In this document: piece by piece, positions 49,323 to 57,245 of the stretch
How positions within the stretch are numbered: the first letter of the stretch is position 1
Layout: every line of letters begins with the position of its first letter
Source: a virus
IMG/VR virus record: IMGVR_UViG_3300017613_001142
Coordinates: 1-64,000 of that record
DNA: 64,000 nt
Direction: 5' to 3' (one strand)
Program-made: the position numbers and the translations under genes
Notes under the pieces: generated by a model
Databases searched by the model: none
Seen by the model: the letters and a program-made list of their open reading frames with translations, nothing else
What the model was told of the DNA's origin: nothing

Positions 49323-52214
49323 TTATCTTGTTACTAAACTAATTTTTCTCTCAAGCGAAAGCGTCTCTAAAACTTGTCTGATTTCCTCGACCTGATTTCT
49401 TGGATCAATCGCTTTTATATTGAAATTAAAAACATTCCCGCTGTTCGTCCCTTCTCCATTCGGAATAATCTGTTCTCCGACATGTGCTTTAACCAGTCCG
49501 CTTCCCGCTTCCATTCCTGGTAATCTTAAAAGTTGATCACGGGTTAATCCTGTTGATCCTTGTTGGAAACCAAGCGCGCTAGAAATGCCGCCTGTAGACC
49601 ACGCCAATAAACCACTACCTATGCCTCCAAGCATCCCGCCGCCTCCAATTCCACCACCAGCTCCGGGGATGATATCAATAAGTTTTTTAATTAGATTTAC
49701 AACATCCCTAAGCGCACTCAAAACGGGGTTTAAAACCCCCATCAACATATTAAACGCGCCCTGAATAAATCCGACTAATCCATTGAATATATTTGAGAAA
49801 TTCTTAAATAATCCGACAAAAATATCAATTCCTTTCTTAACTAATTCTATCGTCACTTTAATAGCGATAATAGGAGCTAATGAGGTGATCATAGCGGCCA
49901 TAATCGCAAATTTAAACGCGGGCATGAATGTTTTTAAGAAATCACTTAAAAGTTTCATGACTGGCTCTAAAACTTCAAAGATCGGTTCAAGTATTTCTAT
50001 CACATCCAGCATTGCCGGTAAAACAGCGTCTAATAAAGGGAGTAACACTCGTAAAAAACCGTCAACAAACGGGAATATCAATTCTAAAAACGTCTCTAAA
50101 ATAGGCAAAACTTTTTCCAGTACTTTCCCTATCACTTTCGCTATTTTATCAATTACGGGCGCAAGTTTACGAATAATTTTAGCGATAAATTTAGCTATAG
50201 GTACTAATAATTTTCCAATCGGCTCCATGAGTTCGATTAGCGCATCACCGATGATTTTCATGGCCTCTTGGAAGCCTTCTGTTCTCATTAGAAGATCACC
50301 GAAAAAACCAGCTATCCCGCCTATTGGTCCCCCTGCTTGAAAACCTTGAATAGCACCACTAACGCCGGGTATTTGCCGAGCTATTCGCTTTCCAAAATCT
50401 TGTCCTATTCCCGCGATTGTATCAGTTGGTATTTTAAAATCGCCAAAAACATCTTTAGAGCTTACACCCCCTAGTTTTTTTAAATTTAAATTCTTTGTTG
50501 ATTTAGCGACATTTTGAACGGCTGTATTTGTTTCCTGTAAAGTTTTATTTGTTTTTTCAGTTTCGCCGTTAAATTCTTTTGCTTTATCAAACGCCAATTC
50601 CATTGAATCGGCCATATCCAATAACGCTTCACCGGCGCGGGTTGCTGTGTTTATAACTGGTTCGGGAATCGGTTCAGGATCAGGCATAACGGCTTCTAGT
50701 CCGCTAAACGCGTTACTAAAGAAATCAACTATTTCACGACCTTTATCAAACCAAAAATCAACGATTCTTTGAAAATCTTTAATAAATACATCAGCTAAAA
50801 CACCAGGAATTTTAGCCATATCAGCGCCAAATTCCTTCAATCCTTTCACTAAATCATCAATAAAGTTGCTGACTGCTTGCGTTAAATTATTAAACCCGCG
50901 CTGAATCTGTATTATCATCTCATCGATTTCAGTCCCGATTAACACGAAATCAGTAATTATGTCACCTATAACTATCCCGATTGCAGCCCCAACGGCTTCA
51001 AGAAAACGTTGAACTTTACCAAAACCGATTAACATCATTCCCAGTCCGCGCAAAGCTCCAATTGTCATTGTTGCAATCGCGCTTCCTAGAGTAAAAATAT
51101 TATCAATTATTTCAGATACTAAATCTTTGTTTTCTTTTACAAACTGAGTTAATCCCTTAACAAAATTAGTCGCTTCTTTCGCGGAATCTCGAAGTTGTTC
51201 TTCCATTTCCTCGAAAATAGCGATTTGCAACCCTGATAACGCGCTTTTAAATAAAGTAAAATCCCCAGTTAAATTATCAAGCGCGTCTCTAGCTGATTCT
51301 TGCGCGGTTTTCGCGTTGTTTAATTTTTGCTCATATTCAGGTAATAGCGTGTTAATATCCTGAATGACTTTAATAAATTTACCACCAGCTATTTGTCCGA
51401 AAAGCGTTAATACTTGAGTGTTTGAAATTCCCGCATTTCTTAATTTTACTAGAATATCAGTAAATTTATTTGTTTCGGGGTTTATGTCAGAAAGTGATAG
51501 GTTTAAATCTTCTAAAACAACTTGCGCTTCTTTTGTCGGCTTAGCTAATCGAGTAATTGCGCCTCTTAAAGCCGTTCCAGCCAATGTTCCCTTAAATCCA
51601 ACATCAGCTAATAACGCTATAGTTTTTGTAACTTCTGAAAGCGGTTGATTAAATGCAGAAGCTTGACCAGCCGCAAATTTAAAAGCTTCTGTAAAATCGA
51701 CTATATTTTGCGCGGAAGAACCAACAGCCTTATTAAAATCATTAACAATATCTTCGGCGCTTAAACCTTGCTTAGAAAATAGTTTAAACGCTATCCCGAC
51801 AAGCCTTGACGTTTCGGCTAAATCAGCAGCTTGCGCGGCGGCTAAATCCATTGCATCACCGGCAATCGCTATTGTTTGCGCGGCTCCAAAACCAGCTCTC
51901 CGCAACTCTTCCATCCCTTGCGCGGCCTGTGTAGCTGTAAACGCGGTTGTTTCACCTATTCTTTTTGCTTCTTTTGACAGCGCGCTAAACTCTTCAGCGG
52001 TAATTTTAGAAATAGATTTGATCTTGGACATTTGCGCGGTAAATTCCGCGCCTTCCTTGATTATAGATGCAAACGGAGCTACTAACGCGCGCATAGCCTT
52101 GCCCATCAGCTCAATCGCTTGATTAGCCGCTATGATAGTGCCAGCAAAATTTTTAATTACTGGCGACGCTAAATCTTTTGCCGTTATGACAGCTTCTATT
52201 CTTTCATCAGCCAT
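49323..52214 (-). CDS. tail tape measure protein
   Basis: 963 aa. N-terminal TMP core-like region (ITAEEFSALSKEAKRIGETTAFTATQAAQGMEELRRAGF), long helical/hydrophobic repeats, Gly-rich C-terminus. Directly downstream of the G/GT chaperones. Confidence 0.9.
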   Translation of the reverse strand: MADERIEAVITAKDLASPVIKNFAGTIIAANQAIELMGKAMRALVAPFASIIKEGAEFTAQMSKIKSISKITAEEFSALSKEAKRIGETTAFTATQAAQGMEELRRAGFGAAQTIAIAGDAMDLAAAQAADLAETSRLVGIAFKLFSKQGLSAEDIVNDFNKAVGSSAQNIVDFTEAFKFAAGQASAFNQPLSEVTKTIALLADVGFKGTLAGTALRGAITRLAKPTKEAQVVLEDLNLSLSDINPETNKFTDILVKLRNAGISNTQVLTLFGQIAGGKFIKVIQDINTLLPEYEQKLNNAKTAQESARDALDNLTGDFTLFKSALSGLQIAIFEEMEEQLRDSAKEATNFVKGLTQFVKENKDLVSEIIDNIFTLGSAIATMTIGALRGLGMMLIGFGKVQRFLEAVGAAIGIVIGDIITDFVLIGTEIDEMIIQIQRGFNNLTQAVSNFIDDLVKGLKEFGADMAKIPGVLADVFIKDFQRIVDFWFDKGREIVDFFSNAFSGLEAVMPDPEPIPEPVINTATRAGEALLDMADSMELAFDKAKEFNGETEKTNKTLQETNTAVQNVAKSTKNLNLKKLGGVSSKDVFGDFKIPTDTIAGIGQDFGKRIARQIPGVSGAIQGFQAGGPIGGIAGFFGDLLMRTEGFQEAMKIIGDALIELMEPIGKLLVPIAKFIAKIIRKLAPVIDKIAKVIGKVLEKVLPILETFLELIFPFVDGFLRVLLPLLDAVLPAMLDVIEILEPIFEVLEPVMKLLSDFLKTFMPAFKFAIMAAMITSLAPIIAIKVTIELVKKGIDIFVGLFKNFSNIFNGLVGFIQGAFNMLMGVLNPVLSALRDVVNLIKKLIDIIPGAGGGIGGGGMLGGIGSGLLAWSTGGISSALGFQQGSTGLTRDQLLRLPGMEAGSGLVKAHVGEQIIPNGEGTNSGNVFNFNIKAIDPRNQVEEIRQVLETLSLERKISLVTR

Positions 52215-52215
52215 T

Positions 52216-52841
52216 CTATTTTCCGCTTTTCTGTTTTAACGCTATCGCTATTTGCTGTTGAATTAAATTAAAAATCTGTACTAAATAACTAGGTTGAGCT
52301 AGATATGGTTTGCCATTCGGCCAACACCATTGCGTTAATCCTGTCAATCCGTGATTATGGCAAGCATAAAACATTTCAACCCAAGTTATAATTAATTGAT
52401 CTTTAATTACGGGAATCTCATCAATCGTGACGCCACGCAAAAACCGCGCAATTACTTTTTTGCAGTATCAGCCTCTTCTAAACTCAGATTTGAACCTGAT
52501 ATCAATTCGTTAATCAGTGACATTTTCATTCTAAAAAACGCCGCGTTATCAATTGACATTATATCGTCAATATTCCCCGATCTAAGCTCGCCGTTTTCTT
52601 TGATCTGAAATCCGCCCGATTTTATTTTGCAATGCGCCGGAATAATTTCAGCAAACAAATTTTGAAAATCAGGATCACTAATATATTTACTAGCGTCCTG
52701 ATTTTTCACTTCGTCCGGCGTCAATTTTTTTTGAGAAATAGACGCGAATTTAGCCATAACACTTTGGCTTAACGGCTGAAATTCAAAAACAATCCCTTCA
52801 ATTTCTTTTTCTCTCGCGTCCAGATCAATAACTAAGGTCAT
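52216..52841 (-). CDS. tail assembly chaperone GT fusion via programmed -1 frameshift
   Basis: After the slip at GCA AAA AAG, the -1 frame reads VIARFLRGVTIDEIP..., continuous with track ORF 52216..52440. Confidence 0.7.
52452..52841 (-). CDS. tail assembly chaperone (G-like)
   Basis: Lies between the tail tube and the tape measure. Ends ...EEADTAKK at the slippery site. Confidence 0.8.
   Translation of the reverse strand: MTLVIDLDAREKEIEGIVFEFQPLSQSVMAKFASISQKKLTPDEVKNQDASKYISDPDFQNLFAEIIPAHCKIKSGGFQIKENGELRSGNIDDIMSIDNAAFFRMKMSLINELISGSNLSLEEADTAKK
52455..52461 (-). promoter_or_regulatory. -1 ribosomal frameshift heptamer A_AAA_AAG
   Basis: Plus strand reads ctttttt at 52455-52461. The G-frame stop follows immediately. 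Confidence 0.75.
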
Positions 52842-52880
52842 ATTAATTTCTCCTTAAAATTCAAATATTTAAAAATAAAA

Positions 52881-53855
52881 TTACGCTATTGGATCACCAT
52901 AAAGCGGTGCCAGCGTATTTGTCATAGTAACCTGAAGAGCTGTATTGCTATCAGGTAAAAACAAAGCCTGAGCGGTAAACGGAGCCTCTACAATTCCGGG
53001 TCCACTCATATTTGGATCAAATGATTTAAATTTAATCCTTGGAAAATCAAGATTTAAAACATTCGGGGCTTGCGTACTTGCAAAATTCATAACAAGCGAG
53101 TTGTAGTCTTGATCTATAAATGCTGTCCAATAACTATGAGCCTGAAAAATAAAAGTTCCCGCAAGTTCAATGGTTTGCCAAGATGTACGCTTAATTTTGT
53201 ACGGTGTGCTTGACATCTGTAGCGTGAAACGATTTTCCAAGTTATTATTGATAGTCACCGTCATATCCTGAATATCAAAAACAGCCGCGCCGTCTATTGA
53301 AAGGCTCGTTTGATCCCATTTAAACGGAAAAGCAGTCGGGAAAGTCGGACTTGACGCCGATTGCCTTGTCATTTCGCCGCCTAAAACACCAAGCGTCGCA
53401 GTTAGCAATTCACCGTTTGCAATATTCAGTGTGAATGTATTCCCGCATAGATTGTAATAAACCGCCGCGCTTCCTACATCCCTATGAACTTCAATTGTTA
53501 AAGGATCACAGGCGGATAGTTCGTCAAAATCTGAGCCTGTTGATGTATATAAATGAGTAACCGCGCTAGTCACATCAGCTACTGTCGTTACACTTGTCCG
53601 CAATGCTGATTTAAAAAAATAATCTAACGCCAATGGACTTGCTTCCATTGTTATATCGCCTTCAACAGTACTAGCACCGTTATAGTACGGGGATTCAGCG
53701 AGACGCCCATACATCCCCTGTTCTATAACCTGTTCCTTTGCTAGTACGATACTTTCTTCGGTGATTGATAAAGCCTGCAATGACGCCACGTTTGAAGTAT
53801 GAAAACTTTCCTGAAACGCGAACATTGCATGACCTTGCATTCCATAACCAGCCAT
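52881..53855 (-). CDS. major tail (tube) protein
   Basis: Called by position immediately upstream of the chaperone pair. 324 aa. Confidence 0.65.
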   Translation of the reverse strand: MAGYGMQGHAMFAFQESFHTSNVASLQALSITEESIVLAKEQVIEQGMYGRLAESPYYNGASTVEGDITMEASPLALDYFFKSALRTSVTTVADVTSAVTHLYTSTGSDFDELSACDPLTIEVHRDVGSAAVYYNLCGNTFTLNIANGELLTATLGVLGGEMTRQSASSPTFPTAFPFKWDQTSLSIDGAAVFDIQDMTVTINNNLENRFTLQMSSTPYKIKRTSWQTIELAGTFIFQAHSYWTAFIDQDYNSLVMNFASTQAPNVLNLDFPRIKFKSFDPNMSGPGIVEAPFTAQALFLPDSNTALQVTMTNTLAPLYGDPIA

Positions 53856-53858
53856 GAT

Positions 53859-54254
53859 TTATACCTCCGGTTCGCCGCATTGACGATGGCCACATAAACG
53901 ATAGCCACCTGATTTACTTGGATAAACACCAACCCCCGGAATGGCCGTTATTGATGTTGTGGTTTTGTCTTGATATTGTTCTAAAACTTGAACTAAACAG
54001 CCAAATCCGGGAATCTCCATAGCCTTTGTTGACTTCATCCAATTTTCTTTTTCAGACCAACATTTTGCAATGCATAACCATTTTTCAGCATTTCCAAATA
54101 GTTCAACATCTGAGACATTTCCTTTTAGAGATTCCATATCGACATTAGTCAACGTTTTCTTCGGTTTCGGTTCCGGTTTCGGTTCCGGTTTCATATCCGG
54201 TTTTTCCGCTTTTTGATTTTTCGGCGGTCTTCCCGGTTTTTTCTTTTCTTCCAT
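53859..54254 (-). CDS. hypothetical structural-module protein with Pro/Lys-rich N-terminus; start uncertain
   Basis: ATG 54254 (MEEKKKPGRPPKNQ) is preceded by AAGGAAG. The frame is open from 54296. Overlaps the next ORF out of frame. Confidence 0.5.
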   Translation of the reverse strand: MEEKKKPGRPPKNQKAEKPDMKPEPKPEPKPKKTLTNVDMESLKGNVSDVELFGNAEKWLCIAKCWSEKENWMKSTKAMEIPGFGCLVQVLEQYQDKTTTSITAIPGVGVYPSKSGGYRLCGHRQCGEPEV

Positions 54255-54420
54255 CTTTCTTCCTTGAAAGAGTTTTAGATTCAACCGGCTCTTCAATTAA
54301 ACCGGAATTAAGTAAAAAATCTTGTAACTGTTTGTCATTTATAGAGACTGGCTCGCCAGCTACAACTTTTCCGACTTTAGGATTATAGCCGGATGAGCCT
54401 AACCATATAAATTTTTTCAT
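54145..54420 (-). CDS. hypothetical protein (91 aa)
   Basis: ORF track. The C-terminal 35 aa are the alternative reading of the Pro/Lys-rich region. Confidence 0.55.
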   Translation of the reverse strand: MKKFIWLGSSGYNPKVGKVVAGEPVSINDKQLQDFLLNSGLIEEPVESKTLSRKKDGRKEKTGKTAEKSKSGKTGYETGTETGTETEENVD

Positions 54421-54479
54421 TTTTGTATTGACAGAATTGATTAGATTTCAGAGAATGAATTTAACAAGTTGATTAATAT

Positions 54480-54926
54480 TTAAGCAAAAACCTCAGCTGT
54501 AAGCGTCAACTGACTCATTAAAAAATCATCGCTTTGTATATCATCGCGGTTAAACGGAGAAATATTCCAAGCCGTGATGATGTTTACCGTGTCGTTTAGC
54601 GTTCGATTGCAATTTACGGCTGACCATACATGATCATTTAAATTATCAAGGTCGCGCATTGCTTGCCATCTCAACGCTATATCAGCGTAATCTTGTACCT
54701 GTGTGATAATCGGAATATTAAACTCAGCTTTCCAAGGCGCGGTGATATTAGACCGCCAAGGATTAACGGGAATTTCAGGTTGTAAAACATTAACCCAAAA
54801 CGGCATATTTTGCGGGTCTGTATTTTCAATCTGATAAAATTCTATTTGCACATTAGAACTTACCAGAATGGCGTCGCTTGATAAAATTGTATATAGCGCG
54901 TGAATTACTGAGTTTGTGTATATCAT
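54480..54926 (-). CDS. head-tail joining / tail terminator-like protein (148 aa)
   Basis: Called by position only. Confidence 0.55.
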   Translation of the reverse strand: MIYTNSVIHALYTILSSDAILVSSNVQIEFYQIENTDPQNMPFWVNVLQPEIPVNPWRSNITAPWKAEFNIPIITQVQDYADIALRWQAMRDLDNLNDHVWSAVNCNRTLNDTVNIITAWNISPFNRDDIQSDDFLMSQLTLTAEVFA

Positions 54927-55408
54927 TTAAACGCTCTCTTCATATAACGATCTATAGCCGGTCGTATAATTTTTTTACCTTGTTTTTTTTCAGGAAATAT
55001 TTTCCTCTGGGGAACAATAATCCAAATTTTTTCATCTTCTAAATATGATTTTCCTCCATGCTCATGGACGCTTGAATATCCCTGATTACTTTTAAATCTA
55101 GCTTGTTTGTCATTGAATGTTCGTGACCATTTTAAATATAACCACCCAAAATCTCTTAAAATATCATCTGTAGTTTTAGGCGCTCGCTTTCTGGTTTTTC
55201 GTTTATGCAATGTTATCGGTGATAATTTTTTCCAATGCTTTGCGCTAGAATCATGGAGCTTCCCTTCTTTGATAAAATTACGCTTTACCCATTGCTCATA
55301 TAAAACCACTGATTCACCATGTAATCTTCTAGTATTACTAACTGATTTCTCTATACTTTTAAGCCGTCTAGCAAACTTTTTCAACCCCGGCATTTTAACG
55401 GAAGCCAT
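54923..55408 (-). CDS. head-tail joining protein (161 aa)
   Basis: Called by position. Basic protein. ATGA coupling. Confidence 0.55.
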   Translation of the reverse strand: MASVKMPGLKKFARRLKSIEKSVSNTRRLHGESVVLYEQWVKRNFIKEGKLHDSSAKHWKKLSPITLHKRKTRKRAPKTTDDILRDFGWLYLKWSRTFNDKQARFKSNQGYSSVHEHGGKSYLEDEKIWIIVPQRKIFPEKKQGKKIIRPAIDRYMKRAFK

Positions 55409-55593
55409 TATTTATCCACTAATTCTATATTGTCTTGAGTAATCAGATTTTTAACAATTAAATCCGCGTTTCTTCCCAATAACTCTTTAATCTCTTCCTG
55501 TTTCTGATCGACTTTCACAAGATTTTCGTTAATTTCGCTGATAATTCCTGAAATATGTTCTTTGAAAACTATTTCTGTTTTTATTTTAGCCAC
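55408..55593 (-). CDS. hypothetical protein (61 aa), GTG start
   Basis: GGACGGAGGACT-GTG is a strong RBS. The track ATG at 55617 would overlap the upstream gene by 32 nt. Confidence 0.55.
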   Translation of the reverse strand: MAKIKTEIVFKEHISGIISEINENLVKVDQKQEEIKELLGRNADLIVKNLITQDNIELVDK

Positions 55594-56053
55594 AGTCCTC
55601 CGTCCACAAATCTTCAATATATTCAGGGTCTACGCGTTGATTAATCGGATGTCTCATATCAAACGTTGACTTATATTCTTGTGTGTTGCTCCAAGCGTCT
55701 AACCGATTAGAAATATCCGCGTTTGGAAATAAAGCCTCGCCACTCGTGGTAATCATCGGCGCGTTTCCTTTGCAAATATTTTCTATACGTTCATCAAGTG
55801 ATAGTTTCAGTTCTTGCGAATCATTTTGATTTCGAGTCCGTTCTAGTATCCCAAGAAACGCAAAGTGAATATTTAAATCTTTTGCGGTCTCATTGTTATC
55901 TGAAAACGGGACTGTGAAGCATTTTCCAAGCCGCTCGTTAACCATTAACGCTCCATGCGGTAACCAATGGTTTTCTACTTCCGCGATAGTTATACGAGCG
56001 GTTAAATTGTAAATCTGAGCGTAATCTGAATAAGTCGCGTATGTTATAGCCAT
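55586..56053 (-). CDS. head-tail adaptor/connector-like protein (155 aa)
   Basis: Called by position. MAITYATYSDYAQIY N-terminus is typical of connector-associated proteins, from memory. Confidence 0.55.
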   Translation of the reverse strand: MAITYATYSDYAQIYNLTARITIAEVENHWLPHGALMVNERLGKCFTVPFSDNNETAKDLNIHFAFLGILERTRNQNDSQELKLSLDERIENICKGNAPMITTSGEALFPNADISNRLDAWSNTQEYKSTFDMRHPINQRVDPEYIEDLWTEDCG

Positions 56054-56056
56054 GAT

Positions 56057-56506
56057 TTATGCAACCTTAAATTTTTTCTTGGCGTAATCCATGCCTTCTT
56101 TGTACCCAATATAATATTGTTCAGTACGCCCATTGTCTTTTTGTCGATACCTTCCAGCCCATGATCCGCCGTTCGCTTGAATCCCTAAATGAAAACCGGG
56201 ATCATTCCAGTCTGGATATATGCCAAATTCCACCTCATTCATTAGTCCGCGCCGGATAAGAAAGTTTTTTAAATGATATTCAGCGTCTAAAAACCCGCAT
56301 CCAATCACATGAAAATCAACTGCTTGGCCGTCATAATGTAGTGATTTAGAATTATCAGACGCCCATCCACGATGAATTTTCACTTTGCATCCGGTCGGAA
56401 CACTTCCTCTAAAATAATCCAATAAAACTAAAAGTCTGAAATCCATTTTTTCAGGATCACCCCACGCTTCATTTGGATAAAAATATTTTAATAATTTCCA
56501 TTTCAT
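56057..56506 (-). CDS. peptidase M15-type endolysin
   Basis: SKSLHYDGQAVDFHV fits SxHxxGxAxD. Later DPGFHLGI supplies the second His. Confidence 0.75.
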   Translation of the reverse strand: MKWKLLKYFYPNEAWGDPEKMDFRLLVLLDYFRGSVPTGCKVKIHRGWASDNSKSLHYDGQAVDFHVIGCGFLDAEYHLKNFLIRRGLMNEVEFGIYPDWNDPGFHLGIQANGGSWAGRYRQKDNGRTEQYYIGYKEGMDYAKKKFKVA

Positions 56507-56655
56507 AGTGCGTTTAACTTGTTAAGAATATTACATATTTTACATTTCTTTGTTTCTAAAAATTTCGGGAAAAATAAAACCAATATTAATACTAAAACAA
56601 AACATCCCTGAATAAAAAATAATAACTCAGCTGTGATATGTTCGGCGATTATCAT
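56503..56655 (-). CDS. small membrane protein (50 aa), holin/spanin candidate
   Basis: Own translation MIIAEHITAELLFFIQGCFVLVLILVLFFPKFLETKKCKICNILNKLNAL. ATGA overlap with the endolysin. Confidence 0.5.
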   Translation of the reverse strand: MIIAEHITAELLFFIQGCFVLVLILVLFFPKFLETKKCKICNILNKLNAL

Positions 56656-56659
56656 CGGT

Positions 56660-57082
56660 TTACCTTATGTCAAAATTTGGTTTTCCTCTGGTATTTAGCA
56701 CCCCGATATTAAATTCATTTCTGCCAATTCTTTTTTCTAAAGCATCTAATTTTTCACTCAATTTTTTGCGATTATTTTTCATCCAGTCTGAACTTTCAAA
56801 GACTTCTTTTTGTTCAATGCGTTTTTCAAGACGCTCAAATCTATCCATCATTGAACTAAGTTTTCCGTAAGACCCAAAAGCCATAGCAAGTACGCTTAGC
56901 AACGCAACAGCGACTGTGATTTTTTCAAACGGTTTAATAAACGCGGTAGAAGTAACGACGGATTGAGCTTGTTCACGCGCAATGCGCGGAATGTCACTTT
57001 CAAGTTTATTATGACGCTCTTTTAAATCATTAAATTTATCAGCAAAAAACGCTTTTAAATTTTCAATTTCAGTAGTAGTCAT
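56660..57082 (-). CDS. coiled-coil protein with central TM segment, lysis-cassette candidate
   Basis: ITVAVALLSVLAMAFGSYG is flanked by heptad-like regions. Confidence 0.6.
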   Translation of the reverse strand: MTTTEIENLKAFFADKFNDLKERHNKLESDIPRIAREQAQSVVTSTAFIKPFEKITVAVALLSVLAMAFGSYGKLSSMMDRFERLEKRIEQKEVFESSDWMKNNRKKLSEKLDALEKRIGRNEFNIGVLNTRGKPNFDIR

Positions 57083-57243
57083 TTCTTGGCGTCGTTTCGC
57101 TTTTTAAGAGCTTCATTCCACATACTTATACATATCGCGGCGGCTTGATCGCTTCTATCCGTTGTCCCCTCGTTAATAACTACAGGTATGCAACGACTAA
57201 TCCACTCGCTACGATTTTCGCTTTCAGGTCTTGGTATGGGCAT
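57079..57243 (-). CDS. small conserved phage protein (54 aa)
   Basis: Own translation MPIPRPESENRSEWISRCIPVVINEGTTDRSDQAAAICISMWNEALKKRNDAKK. ATGA overlap. Confidence 0.55.
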   Translation of the reverse strand: MPIPRPESENRSEWISRCIPVVINEGTTDRSDQAAAICISMWNEALKKRNDAKK

Positions 57244-57245
57244 TT

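Noticed and set aside
53695-53932. Minus-strand ORFs 53695..53895 and 53741..53932
   Set aside because: They lie out of frame across the junction of the tail tube gene and 53859..54254, lack RBSs and would break the tight operon layout.
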